This document shows positions 10,053 to 19,689 of a stretch of DNA of 64,000 nucleotides, one piece after another. The notes beneath the pieces are model-generated. The model saw only the letters and a program-made list of their open reading frames with translations. It was not told where the DNA came from and did not search any database. Position 1 is the stretch's first letter, and each line of letters opens with the position of its first letter. The translations under genes were made by a program, and so were the position numbers. This stretch comes from Bdellovibrionota bacterium (lineage in GTDB: Bacteria; Bdellovibrionota_C; UBA2361; JAAYZI01). Where the stretch lies: contig JBMNIF010000001.1 of assembly GCA_050950765.1 (NCBI GenBank), forward strand, positions 224,001-288,000, written 5' to 3'.

Positions 10053-10823
10053 GTGCCTAAAGTCAGAACGCAGATTTTTGAAGAAAGTGTTGAAGATCCA
10101 GAAGTGGGGGGCTTGCTGAAAGTATCGGAAGAGAATCTGCACCATTTGCGGGATGTATTACGGGTAAAAAATGGGGATCTGTTAAAGATAGTTATTAATT
10201 CTAAAGAGGTGGCTTTAGCTGAGGTCATTCTTGAAAAAAAGCGGATCTATGCCAAAATTTCCGAAATAAAAGAGATTGAGCGTGTTATCAATCCGATTAC
10301 TACCCTCTGTTTTGCTGTGTGTAAATCTGCACAAAATGAGTTGGTTGCTGAAAAAGCTACTGAATTAGGGGTTGAAAACATTCTTTTTTGGAGATCTGAA
10401 CATACAGGGATTAAGGTTAACGAAAAAGAGTTCGCTGCAAAAACGGTGCGGCTTAAAAAAATAGCAGAGGGGGCAGCACGACAATCCAAGCAACTTTTTA
10501 TCCCGCAGATCTTTATGAAGAATAGTTTATCAGAGGCGCTCTCTTTTGTGCAAAGTTCTTATGGAGGGGTCTTAATTTATGCTGCTTTAGAGGATAACGC
10601 TCGTTACGTTCATCAAATAGAAGCTCTGAAAAATGGGTTAGATCAGCAGCTGCACATCTTTATCGGGCCGGAAGGCGGTTTCTCTGAGAGAGAAAGAGAT
10701 TTTTTGCAAAAAACGGCGTTGCCGCTCTCTTTAGGGAGTTCCGTTTTAAAAGCGGAGACTGCTGCTATTGTAGCGATCAGTCAGCTACAAGCTTTTTGTC
10801 GTATCTCTGAGACCTCTTTGTGA
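10053..10823 (+). CDS. rsmE: 16S rRNA (uracil1498-N3)-methyltransferase
   Basis: HHLRDVLR, KATELGV, AARQS, IGPEGGF and LKAETA. Confidence 0.93.
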   Translation: MPKVRTQIFEESVEDPEVGGLLKVSEENLHHLRDVLRVKNGDLLKIVINSKEVALAEVILEKKRIYAKISEIKEIERVINPITTLCFAVCKSAQNELVAEKATELGVENILFWRSEHTGIKVNEKEFAAKTVRLKKIAEGAARQSKQLFIPQIFMKNSLSEALSFVQSSYGGVLIYAALEDNARYVHQIEALKNGLDQQLHIFIGPEGGFSERERDFLQKTALPLSLGSSVLKAETAAIVAISQLQAFCRISETSL

Positions 10824-11477
10824 TGTGGTGTCAGGAGTAAAATTAAAAAGTGAGAGAAAGTTTTTAATGATAAGGTTTTCTACTTCAGAGAAATCTACCG
10901 CACGGTCTGTTTCTTCTGAGATTGAAGTCATCTGAATATCGTTAAAGCCGCACGGATTGATCAACTTAAATTTATCAGATGCTTTAACGTTTAAGGCAAA
11001 GCCGTGTAGGGTACACCACTTTGAGATGCGTACACCGATAGAAGATATTTTTTTACTCTCTGAAAGCCAGACCCCTGTGCGATCTTTTAAACGGATGCCG
11101 TTAATGTTGAAGGCAGCTAGCGTTCTTATTACTGTCTCTTCAAGGTTATAAATATAACGATGCACACCACGTTGCTGTAACTTTTCAAGGTTAATGATGG
11201 GGTAGCAAACGATCTGCTCCGGTGTGTGTAGTGTAATATCACCGCCACGTTCAATCTTTATAACCTCTATGCCGAGAGTTTTTAAGGTTTCGTTTGTGAC
11301 GAGGATGTTTTTTGTATCACCACGTCGTCCCAATGTTATGATAGGGTTGTGGCGGCATAAGATAAGGGTATTGAAATCTATGCCGCGCATTAAATCTGCT
11401 TGAAGGCGACGTTGAAGTTGTAAGACGGTAGTGTAATCTGTCAGCCCCAACTGTTTAATAACGAGATTATTTAACAA
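10785..11477 (-). CDS. lipB: Lipoyl(octanoyl) transferase
   Basis: H..TLGRR, RGGDITLH, KISSIG, HGFALN and INPCG. Confidence 0.93.
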   Translation of the reverse strand: MLNNLVIKQLGLTDYTTVLQLQRRLQADLMRGIDFNTLILCRHNPIITLGRRGDTKNILVTNETLKTLGIEVIKIERGGDITLHTPEQIVCYPIINLEKLQQRGVHRYIYNLEETVIRTLAAFNINGIRLKDRTGVWLSESKKISSIGVRISKWCTLHGFALNVKASDKFKLINPCGFNDIQMTSISEETDRAVDFSEVENLIIKNFLSLFNFTPDTTSQRGLRDTTKSL

Positions 11478-11487
11478 ACCTATCCCT

Positions 11488-12879
11488 TTATGAATTGATC
11501 GGTCGCTTTAAAGCTACGGCAGCAGCCTCCGAAAGAGCTTCAGAAAGGGTGGGGTGAGCATGAATACTGTTTAAGAGGTCTTGAGCCGTGCCGTTTGCCG
11601 TACGAACTTGACACGCTTCTGCGATTAACTCCGCTGCTTGCGGGTGTAAGATATGCACGCCTAAGATAGTATTATCTTTAGGAGACGTTAATAGCTTTAC
11701 GAACCCTTCTGTTTCTGCCGTAGCTTGAGCTTTACCGATGGCTAAGAAGGGGATCTTCGAGACGGTATATTCGAGACCGGCTTCTTGCAATTTACCCTCC
11801 GTTAAACCGACGGATGCCACCTGTGGTCTGCAATATGAGCACGCTGGAATATTGTCATAGTGCATCACTGCATCCATGCCAGAAGCGACTTCTGCAGCAA
11901 CTAGCCCTTCGTGAGCGGCTTTGTGTGCTAGTAGTGGCGGCTTCGTGATATCACCGATAGCATAACAGTGCGGAAGAGAGGTTTGCATCTTTTCATTTAC
12001 GGGGATGAAGCCGTTTGAGAGGGAAAGTCCGACCTCCTCCAATCCGATCTCTTCAGTGTTTGGAACAACGCCTATCGCTAAGAGACAACTATCACCTACC
12101 CAAGAGATGTCTTCAGTTGGAGTGGATATCATCGCTGTAACGGTATCTTTCGTGCGTTTTATAGCACTAACCTTTGAAGCTGTTTTGATAATCATACCAC
12201 GACGGGTAAGGATCTTTTGTAGCTCCGCAGCGATCTCGCTATCATCAAGGGGTAAGATCTGATCCAGCATTTCAACCAATGTAACTTTTACGCCGAGGGT
12301 ACTGAAAAAATAAGCGAGCTCAACACCGATCGCTCCCGAACCGATTACAAGAAGGCTTTCCGGCAACTTCTTTAAGGCTAGAATAGTGCGTGATGTGTGT
12401 AAGACCTCTCCGTCAGGTTCAAAGTTTGGCATAAGGCGAGGGCGTGCGCCCGTTGCAAGGATAACGTCGGTATAAGCCAGCTCAGTAAGGGAGGAGTCGG
12501 CGGAAGGTTGAAGTAAGACCTTATTTTGAGGGGCAAGTTTTGCAAAGCCTGTAATGACCTCGATATTATTCTTCTTCATTAAGAAATCGACACCACGTCC
12601 GATTGTTTGAGTAACTTGACGAGATCTTTCGATGATGCGTGGGAAGTCAACTTCAAAGCCTGAAACTTTAATCCCGAAACGGGAAGCGTTTTTTATCTCC
12701 GTTAAAAGTTCAGCTGATTTTAAAAGAGCTTTTGATGGGATGCAGCCCCAGTTAAGGCAGGTGCCACCTAAGAGGTCTTTTTCAATTAAGGTAACTTTAC
12801 GTCCGAGTTGAGAAGCACGAATGGCAGCAGTGTATCCAGCAGGACCAGCTCCGATAATAACTAAATCTTTAATCTCCAT
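11488..12879 (-). CDS. lpdA: Dihydrolipoyl dehydrogenase (E3)
   Basis: GAGPAG, GGTCLNWGCIPSK, GSGAIG and HAHPTLSE. The start could be 12879 or 12891. Confidence 0.95.
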   Translation of the reverse strand: MEIKDLVIIGAGPAGYTAAIRASQLGRKVTLIEKDLLGGTCLNWGCIPSKALLKSAELLTEIKNASRFGIKVSGFEVDFPRIIERSRQVTQTIGRGVDFLMKKNNIEVITGFAKLAPQNKVLLQPSADSSLTELAYTDVILATGARPRLMPNFEPDGEVLHTSRTILALKKLPESLLVIGSGAIGVELAYFFSTLGVKVTLVEMLDQILPLDDSEIAAELQKILTRRGMIIKTASKVSAIKRTKDTVTAMISTPTEDISWVGDSCLLAIGVVPNTEEIGLEEVGLSLSNGFIPVNEKMQTSLPHCYAIGDITKPPLLAHKAAHEGLVAAEVASGMDAVMHYDNIPACSYCRPQVASVGLTEGKLQEAGLEYTVSKIPFLAIGKAQATAETEGFVKLLTSPKDNTILGVHILHPQAAELIAEACQVRTANGTAQDLLNSIHAHPTLSEALSEAAAVALKRPINS

Positions 12880-13070
12880 AACCCACCCCATAATTAATAA
12901 AAATGATAAAATATAGAGTCACAGATAATATAGAATAAAATAAGAGGAAAGAACAAAAAAGAGATATTTAGTAGGTTAGATAGAATTTAAAGACTAGCTA
13001 ATTAACGGATTACCCTCCTTTACTTTAAAAAAACCTTAAACAGAAGCTTAAAGTGATCTTTACTTACAGG

Positions 13071-13112
13071 TAAAAACAACGGGGGAAAACGGTGCTCCCT
13101 TTTTCCCCCGTT
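13071..13112 (-). terminator. Rho-independent terminator
   Basis: 12-bp stem AACGGGGGAAAA/TTTTCCCCCGTT followed by a U-rich tract on the minus strand, downstream of the 871-aa gene. Confidence 0.7.
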
Positions 13113-13235
13113 AGTTTCAAGGATAGGTATACCTTTCTTTTACGCCCTTTTTAAGGGAAAGGCAGAGCTATATGACATACCTTTTTCCCCCGTTAGCTTC
13201 AAGGATAAGTATACCTTTCTTTTACGCCCCTTTTA
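13098..13235. repeat. Two ~55-bp direct repeats
   Basis: cctttttcccccgttag(t/c)ttcaaggata(g/a)gtatacctttcttttacgccc at 13098 and 13180. Confidence 0.9.
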
Positions 13236-13245
13236 GATCGATCGT

Positions 13246-15861
13246 TTAATTGCGGTTAGGGCGAGTTAGTTTTCTTTGTCCTTCAATCTTTTCAAGACCG
13301 TGTTCTACAGCGGTGCGTGCCGTCCTAGAGAAATTATTTTCATTAAATTTATCGACAATAAAGGGTTGAGCGTATATGTCGTTGCCAACTTTTAAGAAAG
13401 CCACTAGGCGTACCTCATCTCCGTTTGAATTAGGTATGTCTTTGACGACTTTATCGGTGAAAGCTATACTAGTTATCGTTATACTTCTTTCTTCTTCTAA
13501 TTTTTTGGCATAAGCCTCAAATTCTCTCGGAATAATAAAATCGTGAGGCGGTCTACCTTGCTGTTTATCCCATTCATTTGGAAATGGAATAAATTGGAGT
13601 TCATACTGCCTGCCATTGAATTTCTTTAACGGGTTGTCATTAGGGCGTTCCTTTAAATTTATAGGTCCAGCGCTACCTTCTGGTATAGCATTTCCACGAC
13701 CAATCACCTTTTCTACTTCGTGACAGAGAGAGCGATAACCTCCTGTTAATCGAATTCGCCCGACCCCGTCGAAAGAGATATAATCTTTAAGTTCTAGCGC
13801 GTACTCAACATTGGTACCATTGTCACCATTGGTACCGACCTCAAAGACGATAAGTGCTCCCCTACCATCTTCACTTACTCCAAAATCTGTAATATTAATA
13901 GAGGGAAGATTTTTTTCTTTTGCAAATCTATGTAATTCCTTATTTGCGTTTATAATATGATCCCTCAATGCAGGTGCATCTGCGTAGGAGTGAAAGTGTT
14001 CATTTACATACTTATAGCCATTTTCGTCATAACGAAATAGATTATCAACACCAGCCTTACCTGTAGCTAGAGTAAATGGTTTTTGAAGATTAGGATTGTT
14101 CGCAAGTCTATCTACTTTAGCGATTTTTTCTTTAAGCTTTTCTATTATTTCTGGATTAGGTATTTTACGACCAAGATGATCTTCTACCACTAAATTATTA
14201 ATAAGTTCTGTTTTATCTTGGGCGTTAAATTCAAGGGAGATCTTGTGAGAGTTGCGAGAGGTGTTAGAACTTGTGCAATAAAAGGTTATAGAAGAAAGTT
14301 CAGAAGGGCTTTCTGATACTGTTACCGAAGCAACACCAAATCTATCCCCCAAATCTTTTTGACCTCGTATAAAAGCATCGACTATATCACGCTCTGCTCT
14401 TGAAAGCTCGTCAACTGTAAATACTCCTGTTATTGCTCGGACTGAGCCATCTTTTTTCGGTTCAACTGGTACTCCGTTAAGTCCTTTTTGTGATGATGCT
14501 TCGATTAGCCTTCCTTCTTTTATGTGGCTCCTAAATTGATCTAGTGCATCGGGATAAGGGTTTTTGTTCGGATCTGCAATGATTCGTTCAGAATGGTATT
14601 GTTGTCTGTAAGGACCAGCTTCGCCCCTTGCAATAAAATCAAATGAGTGGGCAGTTGCTGATTCATCGGTGACGGATCTAACGCGTTTAATATCAAAAGT
14701 AATTTCTTTGCCATCGGCGTTTTGTGTAGTGAAATTTTTAATTTGTTGTTCTTTGGGGATGTTATCCATCTCTTCAAAGTTTGATGGAAGTTGACATTCT
14801 TTTAATTCCCCTTTCCCCATAGCTGTAATAAATTCTTGTTGAATTTTGGTAATATCAGTTTCAAATGTTTTAAATTCATAACAGTGAGTAGGTGCTTTTC
14901 GAGTTTCATATTTGACTTTTCCTCCTGACCTAGCGGCTGCTTGATTCTTCCTAAAATTGTCTAACCCAACACTTCTTTTTTCTTCTTTGGTAGGACCAAC
15001 TTCTACATAATAAGTGGTCATAGGCATAGTAACTTCTTTTTCGTTGCATAGAAGTTCGACAATTTGATGATTTTCGTAGGTTTTAAAGTTAAGCTCTTCT
15101 AAACGGTCTGTAGAATCATGTCGTGTTATTTCTGATTCCCCGACATTGACATTATTTCCAGCAACAGCGCTACTTGGGGCGGGTTTAGCGCTAGTGACGA
15201 CTTCTGTATCTTTTGGAAGTCCTCCTTTTTCTGCTACCTTCCATCTCCCTGTGCTTATATTCTTCTGAAACTCCTCAAATGCAGCAGCAAGACCTTCTTT
15301 GCCTGGTTTGCCAGAAACTGTGCGGATGGTGTGGTATAGTTTCCCATCAGATCCCATCTTTTCAATAGAGAAGGTATATTCACGAGATTCTTCATTCCAT
15401 GTAACTGTAAAAGAAGTAAGCTTTGCCCTTGGGTCTCTCCTGTGAAGTATATCAGCAATTATTTTTGTCTGTTCTTTTGTTGCTAAATTTGGGGAGGTGT
15501 TTGTAACAGAGGCAGAGGCATCTTGTGCAGCCGTTGAAGTAGGATGAATAAGAGGATCCACATCAGAAGGAAGGTTGGGAATGTTTGCAAAACGATTTAG
15601 ATCTTTTTTTAATGCCATGCTAGTAGCCGCAGGCTGATCTTGGTTCCTAGACGTAATAGGTTGATTAAGTGCAGCCATTACTGAAGAAGGGAAAAAAGAG
15701 CTGGCAATGACAACTCCGTTTGCAAAATGGTGGAGAGACCCATTATCAGGATCGAGACGTTCTTGATCAAGTTTGATTCCTTCCTGAGCTATTTGTTGAA
15801 CATTTTTACCAGCTGCCGAACTTTTTGTTGTTCCAACTCCGTTGTCCCTGTTTGCAAACAT
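13246..15861 (-). CDS. Large hypothetical protein
   Basis: 871-aa ORF with SD GGAG, a polar low-complexity N-terminus, no signal peptide and no recognised domain. Confidence 0.8.
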   Translation of the reverse strand: MFANRDNGVGTTKSSAAGKNVQQIAQEGIKLDQERLDPDNGSLHHFANGVVIASSFFPSSVMAALNQPITSRNQDQPAATSMALKKDLNRFANIPNLPSDVDPLIHPTSTAAQDASASVTNTSPNLATKEQTKIIADILHRRDPRAKLTSFTVTWNEESREYTFSIEKMGSDGKLYHTIRTVSGKPGKEGLAAAFEEFQKNISTGRWKVAEKGGLPKDTEVVTSAKPAPSSAVAGNNVNVGESEITRHDSTDRLEELNFKTYENHQIVELLCNEKEVTMPMTTYYVEVGPTKEEKRSVGLDNFRKNQAAARSGGKVKYETRKAPTHCYEFKTFETDITKIQQEFITAMGKGELKECQLPSNFEEMDNIPKEQQIKNFTTQNADGKEITFDIKRVRSVTDESATAHSFDFIARGEAGPYRQQYHSERIIADPNKNPYPDALDQFRSHIKEGRLIEASSQKGLNGVPVEPKKDGSVRAITGVFTVDELSRAERDIVDAFIRGQKDLGDRFGVASVTVSESPSELSSITFYCTSSNTSRNSHKISLEFNAQDKTELINNLVVEDHLGRKIPNPEIIEKLKEKIAKVDRLANNPNLQKPFTLATGKAGVDNLFRYDENGYKYVNEHFHSYADAPALRDHIINANKELHRFAKEKNLPSINITDFGVSEDGRGALIVFEVGTNGDNGTNVEYALELKDYISFDGVGRIRLTGGYRSLCHEVEKVIGRGNAIPEGSAGPINLKERPNDNPLKKFNGRQYELQFIPFPNEWDKQQGRPPHDFIIPREFEAYAKKLEEERSITITSIAFTDKVVKDIPNSNGDEVRLVAFLKVGNDIYAQPFIVDKFNENNFSRTARTAVEHGLEKIEGQRKLTRPNRN

Positions 15862-16188
15862 AACTAAAAATCTCCAATAAAACTTCTTACTCCTCTAAAA
15901 GTTTTTTTAGAATTAAGTCTGCACCTTAAAAACTTATAAAGGGCTTAGAGATCTGTATTTTATAAAAAACTTTGCTTAAGAGGTTTTAGGTAGTAGAAGT
16001 ATTAAAATTAAGTAAAGGGCTTCTTAGGCACCGCTGTTACCCTTCCAACCTAAAAACCATAAAAAAAATATGAGGCTCCCTCTTAAAAATAAAATATCCA
16101 AGTACATATCAAAGTTAAGAAGAGAAATGCTGCTGTTTTTCTGATACCTAATTTAATGATAAGTTAGGGGCGCATAAATTATCTTTAA

Positions 16189-16255
16189 TATTCAAAGGGT
16201 TATGTAAAAAATTAAAAGCTGTTTTGTAAAAAATAAAATTGGTCTGAACCTTGCA
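16189..16255 (+). promoter_or_regulatory. Sigma54-like promoter with an upstream IHF-like site
   Basis: TTGGTCTGAACCTTGCA (GG-N10-GC) at 16239-16255, and ATTCAAAGGGTTA at ~16190 resembling WATCAANNNNTTR. Confidence 0.55.
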
Positions 16256-16338
16256 TAGCTAAGAAGAGAGTCAAAACTTTAGGACACTTAAGAGAGAAGA
16301 AGTTGTATTAACGAAGATAGTGCTAAACGAGTTGTTTT

Positions 16339-19300
16339 ATGAATGATTATAGCTATTTACTTATATATACCAACGCTCCAATTGATGAGTTAGAGGGTGC
16401 TGCCGAGCGTAGTGCAGGTGTCGAAATAGTGACATGGCAGGCGCTTGTCCATTCGTTGCTAAAACAGGGGGGGAGGCGTGTCTTTGTAGCAGGAGATGTA
16501 GTAGGTGGAGATCGTACAAAAGATGGGGTTGAGTACCTTGATATCGGACTAGAGAAAGATATCACCTTAGCTATAAATAGAGTTCGTAAAGAATCTCAAG
16601 CTTATCACGTGATCGTTATCGGACGTGGCGCAGATCTATCAAGTATAGTTAGTGACGAAAGGTGTTTAAGTTGCTTTGTTATTAATCATGAAAGTCAAAC
16701 AGCCACTACTTTAAGCTCTGAAGAGGTAGGGGCTGCCTTAGATTGTATGGCACGACTTTCAGAACCTCAAAAAAGAGTTACAAAACCGGTTTTAATACCC
16801 CTTTCTGAAGTTATGATAGCTTCAGAAGAAGATTTCAAAATAGATTTTCAAGGTGAAGTTGAGGAAGATCTCGAAGAAGACCTTGAAGAAAAAACTTTCC
16901 TACAAGACGGCGGAATTTTACTTAAAGAGAGTTTTGAGGATGACGCTGAAACGTTCTTTAAAGGGGTGCCTGTAATAGAGGAAGCGACAGAGGGTGCGTC
17001 GCTTGAGACTAATATTATCGAAAGTGGTGCTACGAGAGGTCTTGAAGATAACGGGGAAGATAAAGAGGATAAGATTAGTGTGAGTCAAATTTCTGACACT
17101 TCTGACGGAGAGAAAAAACTTAAGATCTTAATGCAAAATAGAGGTGGGACTTTTACGCAGCGCGGTGGGGATACTATTGTTATTGAAAAGTTAAGTGAAG
17201 GTCTTACAAAAAGAGGGCACGAAGTGGTGATTGATCTCGATGGTAGTGCAGACCCTGCTAAGTTTGATATCGTGCACCTTTTTAACTTTGTTCTACCTGA
17301 TTTTATTGAAGAGCGTGCTAAGGCAGCCTTAGCAGCAGGAACTCCGTTTGTTGTTACAACTTTAAATGAAGACCTGCCGAGCTTTCACAATCAATCAATT
17401 ACGTACGCCAACTTTTTGATACACTATGTACAGTACGGGCAGGATCGTGCTTGGTACAGTAAAAATGAGCCGGATTTATATGAAATAACGCCGTGCTCAG
17501 GAAATGATAACACCTTTGCTGTTAAAAACGCAGCGTTGCTCTTTACCACAGGTCAGGCAGAAAACCTTATTTTGCAACGCTCTTACGGGGACCTTTCAAA
17601 TCTTTGCGAAATAAAGCTAGGGCATGAGATCGGAGAAGATGTATCTCCCGAACTCTTTCAGGAGGCGTATAAGTTACAAGATTTTATCTTATGCGTCGGA
17701 CGTTTGGAATCTCGCAAAAATCAACTAATGCTCCTTAAAGCGTTAGAAGATAGTAATCTGCCCCTTGTTCTCGTTGCCGGAAATGTTTGTTATCAACCGG
17801 CTTACGCCAACGCCGTCAGGTCTTTTAGACGACGTGGGCAAACACTAATCTTGGACTACCTTTCTTCAGAGATGTTGGCATCTGCTTATGCGGCTGCCAA
17901 AGTGCATGTTTTACCGAGTTGGTATGAACTACCTGGCTTAGTCTCGCTAGAAGCGGGTGCTAGAGGATGCCAAGTGGTTGTAAGTGATTCCGGAACAACG
18001 CGGGATTATCTGGGAGATAACGCCTTTTACTGTGACCCCGATGATGAGAGGTCAATCCGTGTTGCGGTTATGTCTGCTTACCACGCCTCTGCTAATGAAA
18101 AAATAAGAGATCTGTGTCGTTCTTATAATTGGGAGGATGCTGTTCTTAAAACGGAGGCAGCTTATAAAAAAGTGTGCAGGGGCGAAGGTGCTCTTGTAGA
18201 CGAAGTTGTTGTTGAAAATAAGGAGAAAAATGAGATGAGTACATTAGGATTTGATGATAATACCGCTGGGACTGTTCCACCACCTGTCACTGCCGGTAGT
18301 TATGATTGCGCCCTTGGTGCTGTCGAATTCCAAGAAGTGCTGGAACGGGGAGAGATGGCGGCACGCAATAAGGAGTACAATATTGCTCATGCCTGTCTTG
18401 AAAGAGCAGAGAAGTTAAACCCCCTTTCTGCACGCGTTTTTAGAGCTAGAGGCGCTGTTTTCTTAGCAGAGAATAATGTCACTCATGCCTTTGAATGCTT
18501 TAATAAAGCGCTTGAAATTGATGCAAATGATGCGCGTTCTTGGAGCGGCTTAGGGATGTGCGAGCTGCATGAAGGAGACCTATCTGAGGCGTATGATCAT
18601 TTTGTAAAAGCGTTGACCTTAGAAGGTGATCAACTTGTTTCTATCTTACAGTTGGTGGAATGCTCTTATAAACTTAACAGATTCGACGATCTGATCACGA
18701 TTCTGCGAAAGTATATCGCAGAGCATCCTGATAATCTGGATATGCGCTACTGTTATGCAGGAGCATTATATAAGAGTGGCGATTTTGATAACGCAAGTAG
18801 CGTGGTTGATGAGATCTTGAATGAGGATCCGACTAATCTCGGCGCAAAGCAGTTACGCTCTGCCATAGATGAGGCGCAGCAAGATCTTGCGCAGCCGACT
18901 CCTGTATCTATGAGTGCCATCGAGAAAAAAATAGCAGAGAGTGTGCCTGAAGTAGATGGCATTTCAAAGCATCTGCGCAAACTTGTTGCTCTGGAAGAGT
19001 TAAAGCGGAGCCATGATTATGAAAAAGTGCTTGCTGGATGTGATGATATTTTGAGAGTTAACGGATTATCTCCGCAGGAGCGAGAGTGGAGCACCCTTCT
19101 GAAGGGAGAGGTTTTTGTTCTAACAGGACAATCCGATACGGCAGCGCAGATATTTGCTGATGTCTTAAAAGATAATCCGAACTCTGCTCGTGCACTGAAT
19201 GGTCAAGGAGCTTTGGCGATAGCTGCTGGAGATTGGAATAAAGCTAGGGAGAGCTTTCAAGAGGCTTTTGAAATAGAGCCTAGCAACGATGTGGCGCTAG

Positions 19301-19644
19301 CGGGGCTGGGCACTTGCGCTGTGCAGCAAGGAGATACGGAGATGGCGTGGCGATATTACAGTAAGGCGCTTTCGAAGAATCATGAAAACGTACGGGCCTT
19401 ACTCGGCTCCATAGAGTTAGGATATCAACTAGGTAAAATGGATGAGGTTGAAAAGGTTATTAAGAATTATCTTGAACTGCATCCAGCTAGTGTTGATTTT
19501 ATCTATTCCTTAGCGGGGTGTTACTTCGTTCAAAATAGATTGCAGGACGCTACGGATCAGTTGGAGAAGATCGCATTACTTGATCCTGAGAACGCACGTG
19601 CCTTAGAGTTACGTGGTTTAATTCAGGAGCGTTTAATGCAGTAG
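16339..19644 (+). CDS. GT4 glycosyltransferase fused to multiple TPR repeats
   Basis: GT-B motifs GGD, VGRLESRKNQ and ELPGLVSLEA, followed by ~34-aa TPR-like repeats over the C-terminal ~440 aa. Acidic N-terminal extension. Confidence 0.85.
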   Translation: MNDYSYLLIYTNAPIDELEGAAERSAGVEIVTWQALVHSLLKQGGRRVFVAGDVVGGDRTKDGVEYLDIGLEKDITLAINRVRKESQAYHVIVIGRGADLSSIVSDERCLSCFVINHESQTATTLSSEEVGAALDCMARLSEPQKRVTKPVLIPLSEVMIASEEDFKIDFQGEVEEDLEEDLEEKTFLQDGGILLKESFEDDAETFFKGVPVIEEATEGASLETNIIESGATRGLEDNGEDKEDKISVSQISDTSDGEKKLKILMQNRGGTFTQRGGDTIVIEKLSEGLTKRGHEVVIDLDGSADPAKFDIVHLFNFVLPDFIEERAKAALAAGTPFVVTTLNEDLPSFHNQSITYANFLIHYVQYGQDRAWYSKNEPDLYEITPCSGNDNTFAVKNAALLFTTGQAENLILQRSYGDLSNLCEIKLGHEIGEDVSPELFQEAYKLQDFILCVGRLESRKNQLMLLKALEDSNLPLVLVAGNVCYQPAYANAVRSFRRRGQTLILDYLSSEMLASAYAAAKVHVLPSWYELPGLVSLEAGARGCQVVVSDSGTTRDYLGDNAFYCDPDDERSIRVAVMSAYHASANEKIRDLCRSYNWEDAVLKTEAAYKKVCRGEGALVDEVVVENKEKNEMSTLGFDDNTAGTVPPPVTAGSYDCALGAVEFQEVLERGEMAARNKEYNIAHACLERAEKLNPLSARVFRARGAVFLAENNVTHAFECFNKALEIDANDARSWSGLGMCELHEGDLSEAYDHFVKALTLEGDQLVSILQLVECSYKLNRFDDLITILRKYIAEHPDNLDMRYCYAGALYKSGDFDNASSVVDEILNEDPTNLGAKQLRSAIDEAQQDLAQPTPVSMSAIEKKIAESVPEVDGISKHLRKLVALEELKRSHDYEKVLAGCDDILRVNGLSPQEREWSTLLKGEVFVLTGQSDTAAQIFADVLKDNPNSARALNGQGALAIAAGDWNKARESFQEAFEIEPSNDVALAGLGTCAVQQGDTEMAWRYYSKALSKNHENVRALLGSIELGYQLGKMDEVEKVIKNYLELHPASVDFIYSLAGCYFVQNRLQDATDQLEKIALLDPENARALELRGLIQERLMQ

Positions 19645-19689
19645 CACCTTTCGTGCATAGGAGAGCTTTATATTCTAATTGGGAACGAT

